Origin: Granulicella sp. | GTDB lineage: Bacteria > Acidobacteriota > Terriglobia > Terriglobales > Acidobacteriaceae | NCBI GenBank assembly: GCA_025408425.1 | Contig: JANXYX010000022.1 | Coordinates: forward strand, 52,937 to 116,936 | Reading direction: 5' to 3' | Length of the DNA stretch: 64,000 bases | Part shown: one piece after another, positions 8,805 through 19,137 of the stretch | Layout: each line of letters starts with the position of its first letter | How positions within the stretch are numbered: position 1 is the stretch's first letter | Made by a program: the position numbers and the translations under genes | Notes under the pieces: generated by a model | The model's database searches: none | Seen by the model: the letters and a program-made list of their open reading frames with translations, nothing else | What the model was told of the DNA's origin: nothing

Positions 8805-9344
8805 TTGTTGGGTAAGACAGAAGTAAGTGAAGGCAAAGGCATTGCAATGGCGATGGTGACTTTACAAACCGAGACGGACCGGGCGGCGCAGGCTGCTGCT
8901 CCTGCTGGTGGGTCGAAGGACCCGTTGGCGGGGATGACAGTGTTGACCGCTAGCGGGCAGAGTGCGGAGCAGAAGGGCATTCGGATAACCGAGAAGGCGC
9001 TGAAGCGGATTCGCGTGGCGATGGCGAAGGAGAATGTGTCGCCGGAGCAGGGTGGGTTGCGGCTTGGGATTCAAGGCGGTGGCTGCTCTGGCCTGAGCTA
9101 CAACATTCGCTTCGATACGCAGCCGCGCGACCGCGACCGCGTGTATGCGTTTGGCGAGGGAGTTGCGACGGCTGGCGATCCGACGAACGGAGCGCCGGTG
9201 CGAGTCTTCGTTGACCCGAAGAGCTTTATCTATCTGCATGGCATGGTGCTTGATTTTGAAGAGACGCTGATGCGGCAGGGCTTTAACTTTATTAACCCAA
9301 ACTCTACGAAGAGCTGCGGGTGCGGGTCGAGCTTTTCGTCGTAG
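8805..9344 (+). CDS. iscA: iron-sulfur cluster insertion protein IscA/HesB family (N-terminus uncertain; ATG at 8847 or 8931 is more likely)
   Basis: The C-terminal 110 aa are typical IscA: ITEKALKRIRV.., GLRLGIQGGGCSGLSY, and ..NPNSTKSCGCGSSFS. The track start at 8805 lies inside the repeat spacer. Confidence 0.85.
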   Translation: MLGKTEVSEGKGIAMAMVTLQTETDRAAQAAAPAGGSKDPLAGMTVLTASGQSAEQKGIRITEKALKRIRVAMAKENVSPEQGGLRLGIQGGGCSGLSYNIRFDTQPRDRDRVYAFGEGVATAGDPTNGAPVRVFVDPKSFIYLHGMVLDFEETLMRQGFNFINPNSTKSCGCGSSFSS

Positions 9345-9380
9345 TGTTCGCGTCGCAATGAAAGCAAGCGTCCTCTCCTT

Positions 9381-10001
9381 ATGAATTACTTTGATTTTTT
9401 CTCATTGCCGCGGAAGCTGGTGCTGGATGTTGCGGTGCTGGAGAAGCAGTTTTACGCGCTGAGCCGGAAGCTGCATCCTGACCGTTTTGCGGCAAAGCCT
9501 GAAGCAGAGCAGGAGGCTGCGCTGGCTCAGTCGTCGCTGTTGAATGATGCGTATCGGACTTTGAAAGATCCTATTTTGCGGACGCAGTATCTGTTGACGC
9601 TGGAGGGTGTGGAACTCGAGGAGCAGTCGAAGGCGGCGACGGATGCAGCGCGGGCCAGCGGGGTGGAGAAGAAGCAGATTGTTCCGCCGGAGTTGCTGGA
9701 AGAGGTTTTCGAGCTGAACATGCAGCTGGCGGAGATGAAGGCGGCCAAGCAGATGGGCGAGGATGAGCCGGAGTTGCGGCGTGACCTGATGACTGCGAAA
9801 GATGCGTTCGATGCCAGGATGGTGGAGACGCAGGCGGAGTTGGAGCAGCTATGGGTTGCATGGGACGCAGGCGTGGATGCCGGTGATGACGCGGGGAAGG
9901 CCCGTGCCAAGGATGCAATGGTGGTGCTGCTGAACAAGCGCAGCTATCTGCGCAACCTTGTGCGTGACGTGAACGAGGTGCTGGACGGGCAGGCTGTCTA
10001 G
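9381..10001 (+). CDS. hscB: Fe-S protein assembly co-chaperone HscB
   Basis: J-domain with HPD (..LSRKLHPDRF..), about 200 aa, located between iscA and hscA. Confidence 0.9.
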   Translation: MNYFDFFSLPRKLVLDVAVLEKQFYALSRKLHPDRFAAKPEAEQEAALAQSSLLNDAYRTLKDPILRTQYLLTLEGVELEEQSKAATDAARASGVEKKQIVPPELLEEVFELNMQLAEMKAAKQMGEDEPELRRDLMTAKDAFDARMVETQAELEQLWVAWDAGVDAGDDAGKARAKDAMVVLLNKRSYLRNLVRDVNEVLDGQAV

Positions 10002-10480
10002 TGGCTGGCGGCGATCCGCTCCAGTTGCTGCAGGTGGTTGATGTCGTGGCCGGCCATGGTTTCGACGATTGTCCAGAAGGTCATGGTGCCGCGCTCGGGA
10101 TGCGTGATTTGGCGCTGGCGGTCGGCCTCGGAGATGGTTGCGAGGAGTTTGAGGTTCCAGTTGCGGGCGGCGTGAAAGAGCATCATGGCCGAGGGGAAGT
10201 CGTAGGCAGCGTAGCGCTTGGCCCAGATGGCCTGGTCGAATGGCTGGATCTGCGGATGGTTCTCGCTGAGGGCTTGACGGAGGCGGAAGCAGAAGACGAT
10301 TTCGCAGTCTGCGAGGTGCGCGACGATCTCGCGGATGCTCCATTTTCCGGGAGCGGGAGTGAGCTCAATCACGGCTTCGGACAGCGGCGCGAGGAGTTGA
10401 TGCAAGTAGCTGGCGGTGGCTTCGAGAACGGACAGGGGCTGCTGGTCGGCGAGGAATTTGGCGTAAGGATTGAGTTCCAT
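9998..10480 (-). CDS. DinB family protein
   Basis: 160 aa with a DinB_2-like pattern (..IREIVAHLADCE.., ..ETMAGHDINHLQQ..). It converges on hscB, and the two stop codons share the palindrome CTAG (9998-10001). Confidence 0.75.
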   Translation of the reverse strand: MELNPYAKFLADQQPLSVLEATASYLHQLLAPLSEAVIELTPAPGKWSIREIVAHLADCEIVFCFRLRQALSENHPQIQPFDQAIWAKRYAAYDFPSAMMLFHAARNWNLKLLATISEADRQRQITHPERGTMTFWTIVETMAGHDINHLQQLERIAASH

Positions 10481-10625
10481 GGAGAGACGTTATCACGACC
10501 GATGTGAGCTTTAATTTGCGGAACGGCAGCCAATGGTTGAGGCCGGTATTGGATACGTGGTTGTAGGAGAATAGAAGAGCAGGCGGAAGCTTGGCGCAGG
10601 GAGTGAAGCGGCGTCGGATAAGGGA

Positions 10626-12566
10626 TTGGAACTGATGGCGGATGAACGAGTTGTAGGGATTGATCTGGGGACGACGAACTCGCTGGTTGCGTTTATGCAG
10701 GGCGATACGCCGGTGGTGATTCCGGGTGAGGACGGCGAGCGGTTGGTGCCGTCTGTTGTGGCGATGACGGAAGATGGCGTGGTGGTGGGGAATGCTGCGC
10801 GAGGTACGTTGCTGGCGGACTCGGCAAGTGCGGTGTATTCAGCCAAGCGGCTGATGGGGCGTGATATTGCGGATGTCGCGAATGAGTTGAAGCTATTTCC
10901 GTTTAAGCTGGCGGAGGATTTGAAGGCGGGTGAGGTGCTGCGGCTGAGTGTGGGTGGGCTGATGCTGACGCCGCCAGAGATCTCGGCGTACGTGCTGCTG
11001 CAGTTGAAGAAAAATGCGGAGCGGTTCTTCGGGGCGCCTGTGACGAAGGCCGTGATTACGGTGCCAGCGTACTTCAACGATGCGCAGCGGCAGGCCACCA
11101 AGGACGCCGGACGGATTGCTGGGCTGGAGGTGCTGCGGCTGGTGAATGAGCCGACGGCTGCGGCGCTGGCCTATGGGCTGGACAAGCAGAAGGACGGCGT
11201 GATTGCGGTGTATGACTTTGGCGGAGGGACGTTTGATGTCTCGATCCTGAAGCTGCATGAAGGGATCTTCGAAGTAATTGCAACTGGCGGCGATACACAT
11301 TTGGGTGGCGACGATATCGATAACCTGCTGATTGCGATTGCGCTGGACGATATCGCCGGGGATCTGGGGGAAGACCTGCGGAGGAATGGCGAGGCGGTGC
11401 AGGCGATCCGCAAGGCGGTGATTGAAGCGAAGATCAAGCTGTCTGAGGCTGAGGTTTCGACGCTGAATGTGTTGCTGCCGAGTGGTAAGAATTATCTGCG
11501 GGAGATTACGCGAGCGCAGTTCGATGCATTGACGGCTGGGGTGATCGGGCGCACGGCAGGGCCTTGCAAGCAGGCACTGAAGGACGCCGGGCTTTCGGTG
11601 GACCAGATCGATGAAGTGGTGCTGGTGGGCGGGTCGACGCGGATTCCGGCTGTGCGGGCACTGGTGGATGATTTGTTTGGTCTGAGTGCGCGGGGGAAGA
11701 AGCCGCATACGGAGCTTAATCCAGATGAGGTGGTTGCGCTGGGTGCGGCTGTGCAGGCGCAGATTCTTTCCGGGGGATCGTTGGCGACGGAGGACTTGCT
11801 GCTGCTGGATGTGACTCCGCTGTCGTTGGGGATCGAGGCGTTGGGCGGGGTAGTGGCGAAGATCATCCAGCGCAACTCGACGATTCCGGCAAGTGCGACG
11901 GAGCACTTTACGACGGGCGTGGATGGTCAGACGAATGTGGCGATTCATGTGGTGCAGGGAGAGCGTGAGTTGGCGAAGGATTGCCGGTCGCTGGCGCGAT
12001 TTGACCTGAAGGGTATACCGCCGATGATGGCCGGGCTGCCGCGGATCGAGGTGAAGTTTCTGATCGATGCCAACGGGATTCTGCATGTTTCGGCACGGGA
12101 GCAGCGGAGTGGGAAGGCGGCCGAGATCGATGTGAAGCCGACTTACGGACTGACGGATGAGCAGGTGGAGACGATGATTCTTGCCTCGTTCGACAATGCG
12201 GAGGCCGATATCCAGGAGCGCCAGGTGATCGAGGCGAAGAATGAGGCTGAGACGATCCTGGCTGCGGTGGAGAAGGGGCGCAGCCACGCGGCCTGGCAGC
12301 AGCTTTCGACTGACGAGCAGGCCAAGATCTTTGTGGCAGAGAATGAGTTGAAGGCGTCCATTCAAAGTGGCGACTACAAGGTGATCCGGAATGGCATTGA
12401 AGTGCTGGATAAGGCGACGCGGCGGTTTGCGGAGCTGATGATGGATAGCGCGGTTTCGGGTGCCATGAAGGGCAAGACGATGGAGTCCGCAGGTGAGGAT
12501 ATGGGCGAGGGGCCGACTGCGCCACATCCGTTTGCAAGGGCACAGATAGACGACTCGAAGATTTAG
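10626..12566 (+). CDS. hscA: Fe-S protein assembly chaperone HscA (Hsp70 family)
   Basis: [20 protein letters not shown], and [10 protein letters not shown] Hsp70 motifs. 646 aa. Followed by fdx and iscX. Confidence 0.95.
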   Translation: MELMADERVVGIDLGTTNSLVAFMQGDTPVVIPGEDGERLVPSVVAMTEDGVVVGNAARGTLLADSASAVYSAKRLMGRDIADVANELKLFPFKLAEDLKAGEVLRLSVGGLMLTPPEISAYVLLQLKKNAERFFGAPVTKAVITVPAYFNDAQRQATKDAGRIAGLEVLRLVNEPTAAALAYGLDKQKDGVIAVYDFGGGTFDVSILKLHEGIFEVIATGGDTHLGGDDIDNLLIAIALDDIAGDLGEDLRRNGEAVQAIRKAVIEAKIKLSEAEVSTLNVLLPSGKNYLREITRAQFDALTAGVIGRTAGPCKQALKDAGLSVDQIDEVVLVGGSTRIPAVRALVDDLFGLSARGKKPHTELNPDEVVALGAAVQAQILSGGSLATEDLLLLDVTPLSLGIEALGGVVAKIIQRNSTIPASATEHFTTGVDGQTNVAIHVVQGERELAKDCRSLARFDLKGIPPMMAGLPRIEVKFLIDANGILHVSAREQRSGKAAEIDVKPTYGLTDEQVETMILASFDNAEADIQERQVIEAKNEAETILAAVEKGRSHAAWQQLSTDEQAKIFVAENELKASIQSGDYKVIRNGIEVLDKATRRFAELMMDSAVSGAMKGKTMESAGEDMGEGPTAPHPFARAQIDDSKI

Positions 12567-12642
12567 TTCCAAGCAACGTTGACGCAGCCCAGAGGGGTTG
12601 CGGCCATAATAAGTAACACAGAGAGATCGGAAGAGATAAGCC

Positions 12643-13077
12643 ATGCTAGATGAGAAGAAGATTGCTGAAGTAGTGGACACCTCAAAGCCCGCGGCCGAGG
12701 GAATGGTTCGCGTGACGTTTCTGCCTCAGGGCCGGACGGTGGAGTTTCCGTTCGATACGCTGCCATATGAGGGACATGGTCTGCCGATGTCGTTTCTGGA
12801 TGTGGCAGAGAACTACGACATTTTTCTGGACCATGCGTGCGGGGGTGTGTGTGCCTGCACGACATGCCATTTGCATGTGAAGGAAGGCTCGCAGGGGATC
12901 AGTGAGCCTGAGGATCTAGAGCTTGACCGCATGGAGACTGCCGCGGATGTGCAGTTGAACTCGCGGCTGGGTTGCCAGGCAGTGATTGAGAAGGCGGGCA
13001 CGTACGTCGTTGAGATTCCGAAGTGGAATAGGAACTATGTGCAGGAGGGTAAGCCCTCCCATGGTCCGGGCGCGTAG
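12643..13077 (+). CDS. fdx: ISC system 2Fe-2S ferredoxin
   Basis: CGGVCACTTCH ... C ligand pattern of adrenodoxin-type ferredoxins. Operon position after hscA. Confidence 0.9.
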   Translation: MLDEKKIAEVVDTSKPAAEGMVRVTFLPQGRTVEFPFDTLPYEGHGLPMSFLDVAENYDIFLDHACGGVCACTTCHLHVKEGSQGISEPEDLELDRMETAADVQLNSRLGCQAVIEKAGTYVVEIPKWNRNYVQEGKPSHGPGA

Positions 13078-13107
13078 TAGTTGGACTATCTGTGAGACAA
13101 GTGAGGA

Positions 13108-13329
13108 ATGACGATGGCGCGTGAGATCAGCTGGACGGATGTAGGTGAGATTGGGATTTTGTTGCAGGAGAAGCATCCGGAGATTGAGCCGTATTCGGTA
13201 CGGTTTACGGACTTGCACAAGTATGTGACCGAGTTGCCGGGCTTTGTGGGTGATCCTTCGAAGTCCACTGAGGGCATTCTTGAAGCGATCCAGACTGCGT
13301 GGAACGAAGAGTACGAAGACGCGAAGTAA
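13108..13329 (+). CDS. iscX: Fe-S assembly protein IscX
   Basis: 73-aa acidic protein (..ISWTDVGEIGILLQEKHPEIEP..VRFTDLHKYV..). Last gene of the isc locus. Confidence 0.85.
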   Translation: MTMAREISWTDVGEIGILLQEKHPEIEPYSVRFTDLHKYVTELPGFVGDPSKSTEGILEAIQTAWNEEYEDAK

Positions 13330-13382
13330 GGTGCGGTTATATCGTTGACGCCGCGTTACCAGCGATAGGGTAGGTTAGAACG

Positions 13383-14045
13383 ATGGACCATATTATCGAT
13401 GGCGTACTGCGGTTTCAGCGGGACGTGTATCCGAACCGCGAGGCGCTGTTTCAAGAGCTGTCTTTGGCGCAGACGCCGACGATGATGTTTATTGGCTGCT
13501 CCGACTCGCGAGTGGTGCCAGAACTGCTGACGCAGCAGGGGCCGGGTGAGCTGTTTGTGGTGCGGAACGCGGGCAACATTGTGCCGCCGTATTCGCCGCA
13601 GCCGGGTGGTGTGACGGCGAGCATTGAATATGCGATTGCGGTGCTGGGGATTCCGGATATTGTGATCTGCGGGCACTCAAACTGCGGCGCGATGACGGCG
13701 ATCCAGAAGGGCGCGGAGCGGCTGGAGTCACTGCCTGCTGTTGCGCGTTGGCTGCATTACGCTGACGTTGCTCGCGATGCGGTGGCGCTAGAGTACCCGG
13801 GAGCGAGTGAGAAGGACTATCTGGACGCACTGGTGCATGAAAATGTTCTGGTCCAACTGGATAATATGCTGACTCATCCGACGGTGGCGAAGGCGCTGGA
13901 GGCCAAGCAACTGAGGGTGCATGGGTGGGTGTATGACATGAGCAGTGGCACGGTGGAGACGTACGACGCCAACGCGCATGCGTTCGTGCCGATTGGAAGC
14001 GCTCCGTTTGCGAGTGCTACTCCGGGCAAGACACAGTTGCCCTAG
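13383..14045 (+). CDS. beta-class carbonic anhydrase
   Basis: Zinc ligand motifs CSDSRV and HSNCGA. 220 aa. Confidence 0.9.
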   Translation: MDHIIDGVLRFQRDVYPNREALFQELSLAQTPTMMFIGCSDSRVVPELLTQQGPGELFVVRNAGNIVPPYSPQPGGVTASIEYAIAVLGIPDIVICGHSNCGAMTAIQKGAERLESLPAVARWLHYADVARDAVALEYPGASEKDYLDALVHENVLVQLDNMLTHPTVAKALEAKQLRVHGWVYDMSSGTVETYDANAHAFVPIGSAPFASATPGKTQLP

Positions 14046-14204
14046 ACGGGTTGCAGTGGGCGACACGGATCGCATCTCGGGGCGGGCTTCACCGGTTCCA
14101 CGGACTATACCCATGATGCCTGCTTTGTAAATCAATTTTCCGTCGATGGTGTGTTCGATGACTGCCTTCATGAGTCCTGGGCGAGACCGTTGAGTTGGTC
14201 ATGG

Positions 14205-15818
14205 TTAGCTGCGGCGGCTAAGGACCTGGCGTGGGAGGGTGGAGCCAGTGAAGGTGAGGGTGGTCCAGCAGAGGGCTGCCCAGATGGTGGAGGCGATGAG
14301 GATGAGCAGGAGGTCGGCAGCATGGCCGTGGTGGAGCGGCAGGAGGCGGACGCATGCGGTGGCTGCGGCGAAGGCGATACAGGCGGCAAGGAGGGCCCGC
14401 AGGAGTTCGGTGAATTCGAGGCCATTGATGGGGACGAGCTTGCGGCGGTGGAGCAGGATGGCGAGGGTGGCGGTGTGGGTGAGGATTCCGAGGTCGGAGG
14501 CGATGGCCAGGCCGGTCATCCCGACGGTGTGGAACAGGAATCGATAGATGGGGATTGAGATGAGGGTGATGATGGTTCCGGCGAGCGCTGGGGTGAAGGT
14601 GTTTCCGGCGGCATAGAAGGCGCGGGCGTAGATGCCTTGCGAAGCCCATAGGGCAAGCGAGATGGCGAAGATGGCGAAGTAGTGAGCTGTCTGGATGGCG
14701 TCTGTGCGGTTGAACGAGCCGCCGCGGAAGAGGTCGACGATTGGGGGCGCGAGAGCGATCATCCAGGCCGCGAGGAGGAGCGCGACGGCGAAGATGCGGG
14801 TGATGGAGCGGTTGACGGCGGAGGCGAAGTCGGTGAGGCGGTGCTCGCTGAAGAGGGAAGAGAAGAAGGGGAGGGATGCTGCTCCGGCAGCCTGGCCGAT
14901 GATGCCCATGGGGGCGTTGAAGAGGGTTTTGGCGACCGTGAGGCGAGAGATTCCGCCAGGATCGTAGGAGGCGAAGAAGCTGAGGATCCACTTGTCGGCA
15001 GTGGCGAGGGAGACGCCGATCATGAGCGGGATGGAGAGGCGGAGCCACTCGGTGAAGGCGGGGTGGCGGAGGTTGACGATGGGGCGATAGCGGAGGCCTT
15101 CGCGGGACGCTCCGAAGGCGGTGAGGGCTGCGGGGCCGAGGATGACGCCGCAGAGGACGCCTATTGCAAGAGAGTAGATGCCGAAACGGGCGGAGAGTAA
15201 GACGGCTCCGAGGATGATTCCGGCGTTGTAGATGAGTGGGGTGATGGCCTGGTAGATGAAGATCTTGCGGACGAGGAGTTTTGAGCCGAGGACTCCGCCG
15301 ATGAAGAAGAAGAGCTGCGCAGGGAGAAGTAGGCGGGTGAGGGAGGTGCAAAGAGCGGCGTTGGCGGGGGTGAATCCGGCGAATTTGTAGCGGGTGTAGA
15401 TGGGGGCGAAGATTTCGGCGAGGAGGATGGCGGCGCCAAGGACAAGGATCATGGCGTTGAGGACGATGGAGATGGCGCGGTCACCACCTTCTTCGTCGCC
15501 GTCGGCGCGGTAGCGGTTGAGGATGGTGACGAGGGATATGGAAGCGACGCCGCCGACGAGGAAGTATGCGAGCATGTCGGGGAGTTCGAATGCGGCGTTG
15601 TACGCGTCAGTCTGGGGGCCAGCGCCGAATCTGTAATTGATGTATTTGACCCTGACGAGGCCGAGGACGGCTGAGAGCAGGGAGGAGAGCATCAGGAGCA
15701 GAGTGGCGGAGAAGGCGCTGTGGGAGGTGGCTGGGTGCAGGAAGTTGAAACGGCCTTTGCGGGGCGTCGATACTGGCGTCGTGTTGGAAGAGTTGTCGGC
15801 GGGCAAAGGTGGGTTCAT
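14205..15818 (-). CDS. murJ: lipid II flippase MurJ (MviN)
   Basis: 537-aa polytopic protein. N-terminal ..RFGAGPQTDAYNAAFELPD.. is typical of MurJ. Confidence 0.9.
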   Translation of the reverse strand: MNPPLPADNSSNTTPVSTPRKGRFNFLHPATSHSAFSATLLLMLSSLLSAVLGLVRVKYINYRFGAGPQTDAYNAAFELPDMLAYFLVGGVASISLVTILNRYRADGDEEGGDRAISIVLNAMILVLGAAILLAEIFAPIYTRYKFAGFTPANAALCTSLTRLLLPAQLFFFIGGVLGSKLLVRKIFIYQAITPLIYNAGIILGAVLLSARFGIYSLAIGVLCGVILGPAALTAFGASREGLRYRPIVNLRHPAFTEWLRLSIPLMIGVSLATADKWILSFFASYDPGGISRLTVAKTLFNAPMGIIGQAAGAASLPFFSSLFSEHRLTDFASAVNRSITRIFAVALLLAAWMIALAPPIVDLFRGGSFNRTDAIQTAHYFAIFAISLALWASQGIYARAFYAAGNTFTPALAGTIITLISIPIYRFLFHTVGMTGLAIASDLGILTHTATLAILLHRRKLVPINGLEFTELLRALLAACIAFAAATACVRLLPLHHGHAADLLLILIASTIWAALCWTTLTFTGSTLPRQVLSRRS

Positions 15819-15979
15819 TCGCGAGATGTTGGTTTGATCGGTGTAATGATTCTATCGGTCGGATATGTGCGGTCGCTCACGCTGCTGAGGAAGCTGTGCT
15901 GGTTCGTCGACGGAGATTGGGATGGTGATTTGGAGCCTGGTTGCGTGGATCGCTCTTTAGGGCTGAAACGGACTCGAAG

Positions 15980-16399
15980 TTATACGTTGTGGCGTGGGCC
16001 GCTCGAGGATGCGAAGGTGGCACTTTTGTCTGGTTCCGAAGGAGCGGGGCCGCCGGGTGCCGGGGCGGCGGCTTGATTGCGCGGTTCGCTCCAGTGCTTA
16101 TGCACTTCCAAGCCGCGTCGGGCACGGCGTTGTCTGATGTGGGACGGGACCGATATTGACGCAATGGTAAAGCTGACCGACTGTCTTTGGCCGCAACGCA
16201 GGCAGCGAACGGGATATCGCATCAGGAGTAACTGCTTGAAGTCATCGCCGCGGAGTCTGGAGCGGCGAAAGTCCTGGGCAGGACAGAACTGGCACTGGAT
16301 GGAGACGCCTCCGCCGGAGCTGATCTCTTTGAAGGCGACCTCGCTGTAGGAAGAGTGAGGCCGGAGCGAACTGCGGACGGATTTCGGCGAGCTGCTCAT
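15980..16399 (-). CDS. hypothetical protein with CxxC...CxxC zinc-ribbon
   Basis: 139-aa ORF (..CQFCP....CLRCGQ..), 17 nt downstream of the MerR gene on the same strand. Confidence 0.5.
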   Translation of the reverse strand: MSSSPKSVRSSLRPHSSYSEVAFKEISSGGGVSIQCQFCPAQDFRRSRLRGDDFKQLLLMRYPVRCLRCGQRQSVSFTIASISVPSHIRQRRARRGLEVHKHWSEPRNQAAAPAPGGPAPSEPDKSATFASSSGPRHNV

Positions 16400-16416
16400 T
16401 TTCGGGTCTGATGCTC

Positions 16417-16983
16417 TCAGTCTTCGAAGGAGTTGTTGATATCGAACAAGGGTTTGGCGGTGGAACCGGCGGAGGTTAGCCGAGGAGCCCGGATGGGGTG
16501 GACTGGGGCGCGGCCGGCGGGTTTGGATAGGAGGTTCAGGATCTCGCGCAGGTCTTTCTGAAGCTTACGAATGCGCTGAGGGTCGATGTTGGGAGCTGCG
16601 TCCATGATGGTCAGTGGGAGCTGAGGCTCTTTCTGTCGCATCTCCATCTTGATGGCCTGCCTGGCTCCGGGGATGGTGTAGCCCTCGTCGTACAGGAGGC
16701 ATTTGATGCGCAGGGCGGTTTCGACATCACGGCGGCGATAGAGGCGCTGTCCAGTACCGCCTTTATTTGGTTTGAGTTGAGGGAATTCGCTTTCCCAGAA
16801 GCGCAACACGTAGGCTGGCACGTCGCAGAGCCGGGCTACTTCGCCTATGCGGAAGTAGAGTTTGTCCGGGATCTCCGAACCGGATGTAGGGTTACGCTTG
16901 CGGATTGGCTCGTGTTGCGCCATGCCAGAACTCCGAGATCCGCCGGCCCGGCGGTATTGGCCTGTACTTCCAGTTGTTTGCAA
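16417..16983 (-). CDS. MerR family transcriptional regulator
   Basis: HTH_MerR pattern [25 protein letters not shown]...RLYRRRDVE. The start may be the internal Met (MAQHEP..). Confidence 0.85.
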   Translation of the reverse strand: MQTTGSTGQYRRAGGSRSSGMAQHEPIRKRNPTSGSEIPDKLYFRIGEVARLCDVPAYVLRFWESEFPQLKPNKGGTGQRLYRRRDVETALRIKCLLYDEGYTIPGARQAIKMEMRQKEPQLPLTIMDAAPNIDPQRIRKLQKDLREILNLLSKPAGRAPVHPIRAPRLTSAGSTAKPLFDINNSFED

Positions 16984-17122
16984 GTATAGGCCACTCTGGC
17001 GATTGAGTTGCAGTACTTTGATGATTCCTGATGCGGCGGATTGATGGGAGCCGCTTTCCTATAGCTGGAGGATGTCCGAGGACGGGTGAGGGGAACCTCA
17101 TCTCCGCATTCGGCGTATTGTC

Positions 17123-17767
17123 TTGGAGAGATATCTGGAGGGGTTTGCGATGCAGCTAAGACGGACAGTAGCGATGGCGATGATTCTGGGTGTGGGGCTG
17201 ACGTGCGGCTGCAGGGTGGAGTCGGACAAGCACGGTGATAGCGACAATGTGAAGATCGCCACGCCTTTTGGCGGGATGCAGGTGAAGACCAATGATTCCG
17301 TTGTGGTGGAGGGCATAGGCCTGCCGGCGTATCCTGGTGCGGAGTTGGTGAAGCATGACAAGAATAACGGGGCAGCAGACGTAAACCTGAGTTTCGGCAG
17401 CTTCCAACTGAGGGTAAAAGCGGCGACCTACCGATCTACGGACAGTGCTGACAAGGTTTCCGCGTTCTATCGGAAAGCGCTGGGCCACTACGGCGATGTG
17501 ATTCAGTGTGTGAGCAACCGGGCGGAGGGGAGTCCGACCCGTACAGCCGAAGGCCTGACGTGTGACAACGAGAAAGAGAAGCACATCACTGTGGACGAGC
17601 AGGTGTCCGGCAAGATGGAGTTGAAGGCCGGCTCAAAGCAGCACCAACATATTGTGGCGATCGATCCGGAGGGTAGTGGCACCAAATTTGGCATAGTAGC
17701 GCTGGATTTGCCTGGTCGGATCACGATTGGTGACGATAAGGATGACAATGATGCTCCGAAGCAGTAA
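17123..17767 (+). CDS. hypothetical secreted/lipoprotein-like protein
   Basis: Hydrophobic N-terminus ..MAMILGVGLTCGC... No recognisable domain. Confidence 0.55.
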   Translation: MERYLEGFAMQLRRTVAMAMILGVGLTCGCRVESDKHGDSDNVKIATPFGGMQVKTNDSVVVEGIGLPAYPGAELVKHDKNNGAADVNLSFGSFQLRVKAATYRSTDSADKVSAFYRKALGHYGDVIQCVSNRAEGSPTRTAEGLTCDNEKEKHITVDEQVSGKMELKAGSKQHQHIVAIDPEGSGTKFGIVALDLPGRITIGDDKDDNDAPKQ

Positions 17768-17816
17768 AGCTGGTGCGCTTGCCCACCTCGGCCGGCTGGC
17801 GTAGTTTCAATAGGGT

Positions 17817-18503
17817 ATGCACGAATCTTGTCACCGCTGCGGGGGTGAGTTGTCTGCAAGGCGGGACGATACTCCGTTCTGTCCTCATTGCGGCTCACCT
17901 CAGCTGTATTTGTTGGAGCAGGATCTTCCTGAAGACTCCGGCGAAGCGAACTCGACTGGCAGTCTGCCGCCACCGCACCCCAAGCAGGTGGAGTGGAAGA
18001 CTGCGATCCGGTGTGCCATATTAGTTGCGACCATTGGTGCGCTGCTGAGCCTGCTGGCGACCCGGGTTCCGGCGATGTCTCCTCTGAGTACATTGTGGAT
18101 TATCAGCGGCTCGCTGACCACACTTTCGCTTTATCAACGCCGTCGACCGCAGGCCTGGATGGATGCTGGTGTCGGTGCGCGCATTGGCGTTGTAGTGGGA
18201 CTGGCGCTGGTCTTGTTTGTAGCCTGTGCGATGGCGGTTGCCGGGTTGGTTGCCCGGTATGGCTTGCATTCCATGGGGTCCTTCGACGCTGAGTTGGCGC
18301 AACAGTTGCATACTCAGATTGAGCGTGCGGCTGCGGCAAACCCGGCTCCACCGGAGATTTTGCGATATTTTTACACGCCGGAGTTCCTTGCCGGGATGAT
18401 GCTGGCGGGGATTGGCATGACTGCCGGGATCGTCCTGCTGCTTTCCACCGTTGGTGGAGCGGTTGGTGGCTTAATGCGGATGCGTCGCGGGACGCCCGCC
18501 TGA
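17817..18503 (+). CDS. membrane protein with N-terminal zinc-ribbon
   Basis: CHRCGG...CPHCGS, followed by about 4 hydrophobic helices. Confidence 0.6.
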   Translation: MHESCHRCGGELSARRDDTPFCPHCGSPQLYLLEQDLPEDSGEANSTGSLPPPHPKQVEWKTAIRCAILVATIGALLSLLATRVPAMSPLSTLWIISGSLTTLSLYQRRRPQAWMDAGVGARIGVVVGLALVLFVACAMAVAGLVARYGLHSMGSFDAELAQQLHTQIERAAAANPAPPEILRYFYTPEFLAGMMLAGIGMTAGIVLLLSTVGGAVGGLMRMRRGTPA

Positions 18504-18546
18504 CAGATTTCTGGCGCGCCTCCTGATATCATCAAGCCCAATCGCT

Positions 18547-19122
18547 ATGAGTGAAACTACTGCACCCCGCCAGCCGAAGCTTCGAGAGAAGGGCCGCCTC
18601 ATGTCGGCCTCAGAGATTGAGCGCACCCTGGTGCGGCTCGCCCATGAGATTGTCGAAAAGAACGACGGAAGCTCCAACCTGGGGTTAGTGGGGATCAAGC
18701 GGCGTGGTGTGCCGCTGGCCCAGCGTCTGGGTGCGTTGATTGAAAAGATCGAAAAGCATCCTGTCGATACTGGCGTGCTCGATATCAGCTTTTACCGCGA
18801 CGACCTATCAACATCCGGTCCTCGTCCTACTGTGAATGCGGGCGATATTGGTTTTGACGTGACAGGCCGCGACATCATTTTGATGGATGATGTTTTGTAC
18901 ACCGGTCGAACGATCCGGGCGGCGCTGGATGCGTTGTTCGACCATGGCCGGCCCAAGAGTGTGCAACTGCTGGTGTTGATCGATCGCGGCCATCGCGAAC
19001 TGCCAATCCAAGCGACGTTTACCGGGCGTACGATTCCGACCTCCCGGCGCGAGATTATCGAGGTTAAATTTAACGAGATCGACGGCCAGGAACAGGTTCT
19101 CCTCGTCGAACTGGTGGACTAG
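18547..19122 (+). CDS. pyrR: bifunctional pyr operon regulator / uracil phosphoribosyltransferase PyrR
   Basis: PRTase motif ILMDDVLYTGRT. About 190 aa. Immediately upstream of pyrB and pyrC. Confidence 0.9.
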   Translation: MSETTAPRQPKLREKGRLMSASEIERTLVRLAHEIVEKNDGSSNLGLVGIKRRGVPLAQRLGALIEKIEKHPVDTGVLDISFYRDDLSTSGPRPTVNAGDIGFDVTGRDIILMDDVLYTGRTIRAALDALFDHGRPKSVQLLVLIDRGHRELPIQATFTGRTIPTSRREIIEVKFNEIDGQEQVLLVELVD

Positions 19123-19137
19123 GTTAACGGAAGACGC

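Noticed and set aside
8286-8980. Track ORFs 8286-8792 (-), 8572-8826 (+) and 8597-8980 (-) across the iscU-iscA spacer.
   Set aside because: They are read-throughs of the hairpin and 28-bp repeats (AAASAVGCK-type periodic peptides), not genes.
13788-14171. 127-aa minus-strand ORF in and beyond the 3' end of the carbonic anhydrase gene.
   Set aside because: Most of it is antisense to the carbonic anhydrase. Only about 40 codons lie in the intergenic gap, and they carry no motif.
18504-18546. PyrR-binding attenuator upstream of pyrR/pyrB.
   Set aside because: The leaders are very short (43 nt and 15 nt), and no ..UCCAGAGAGG..-like binding loop is present.
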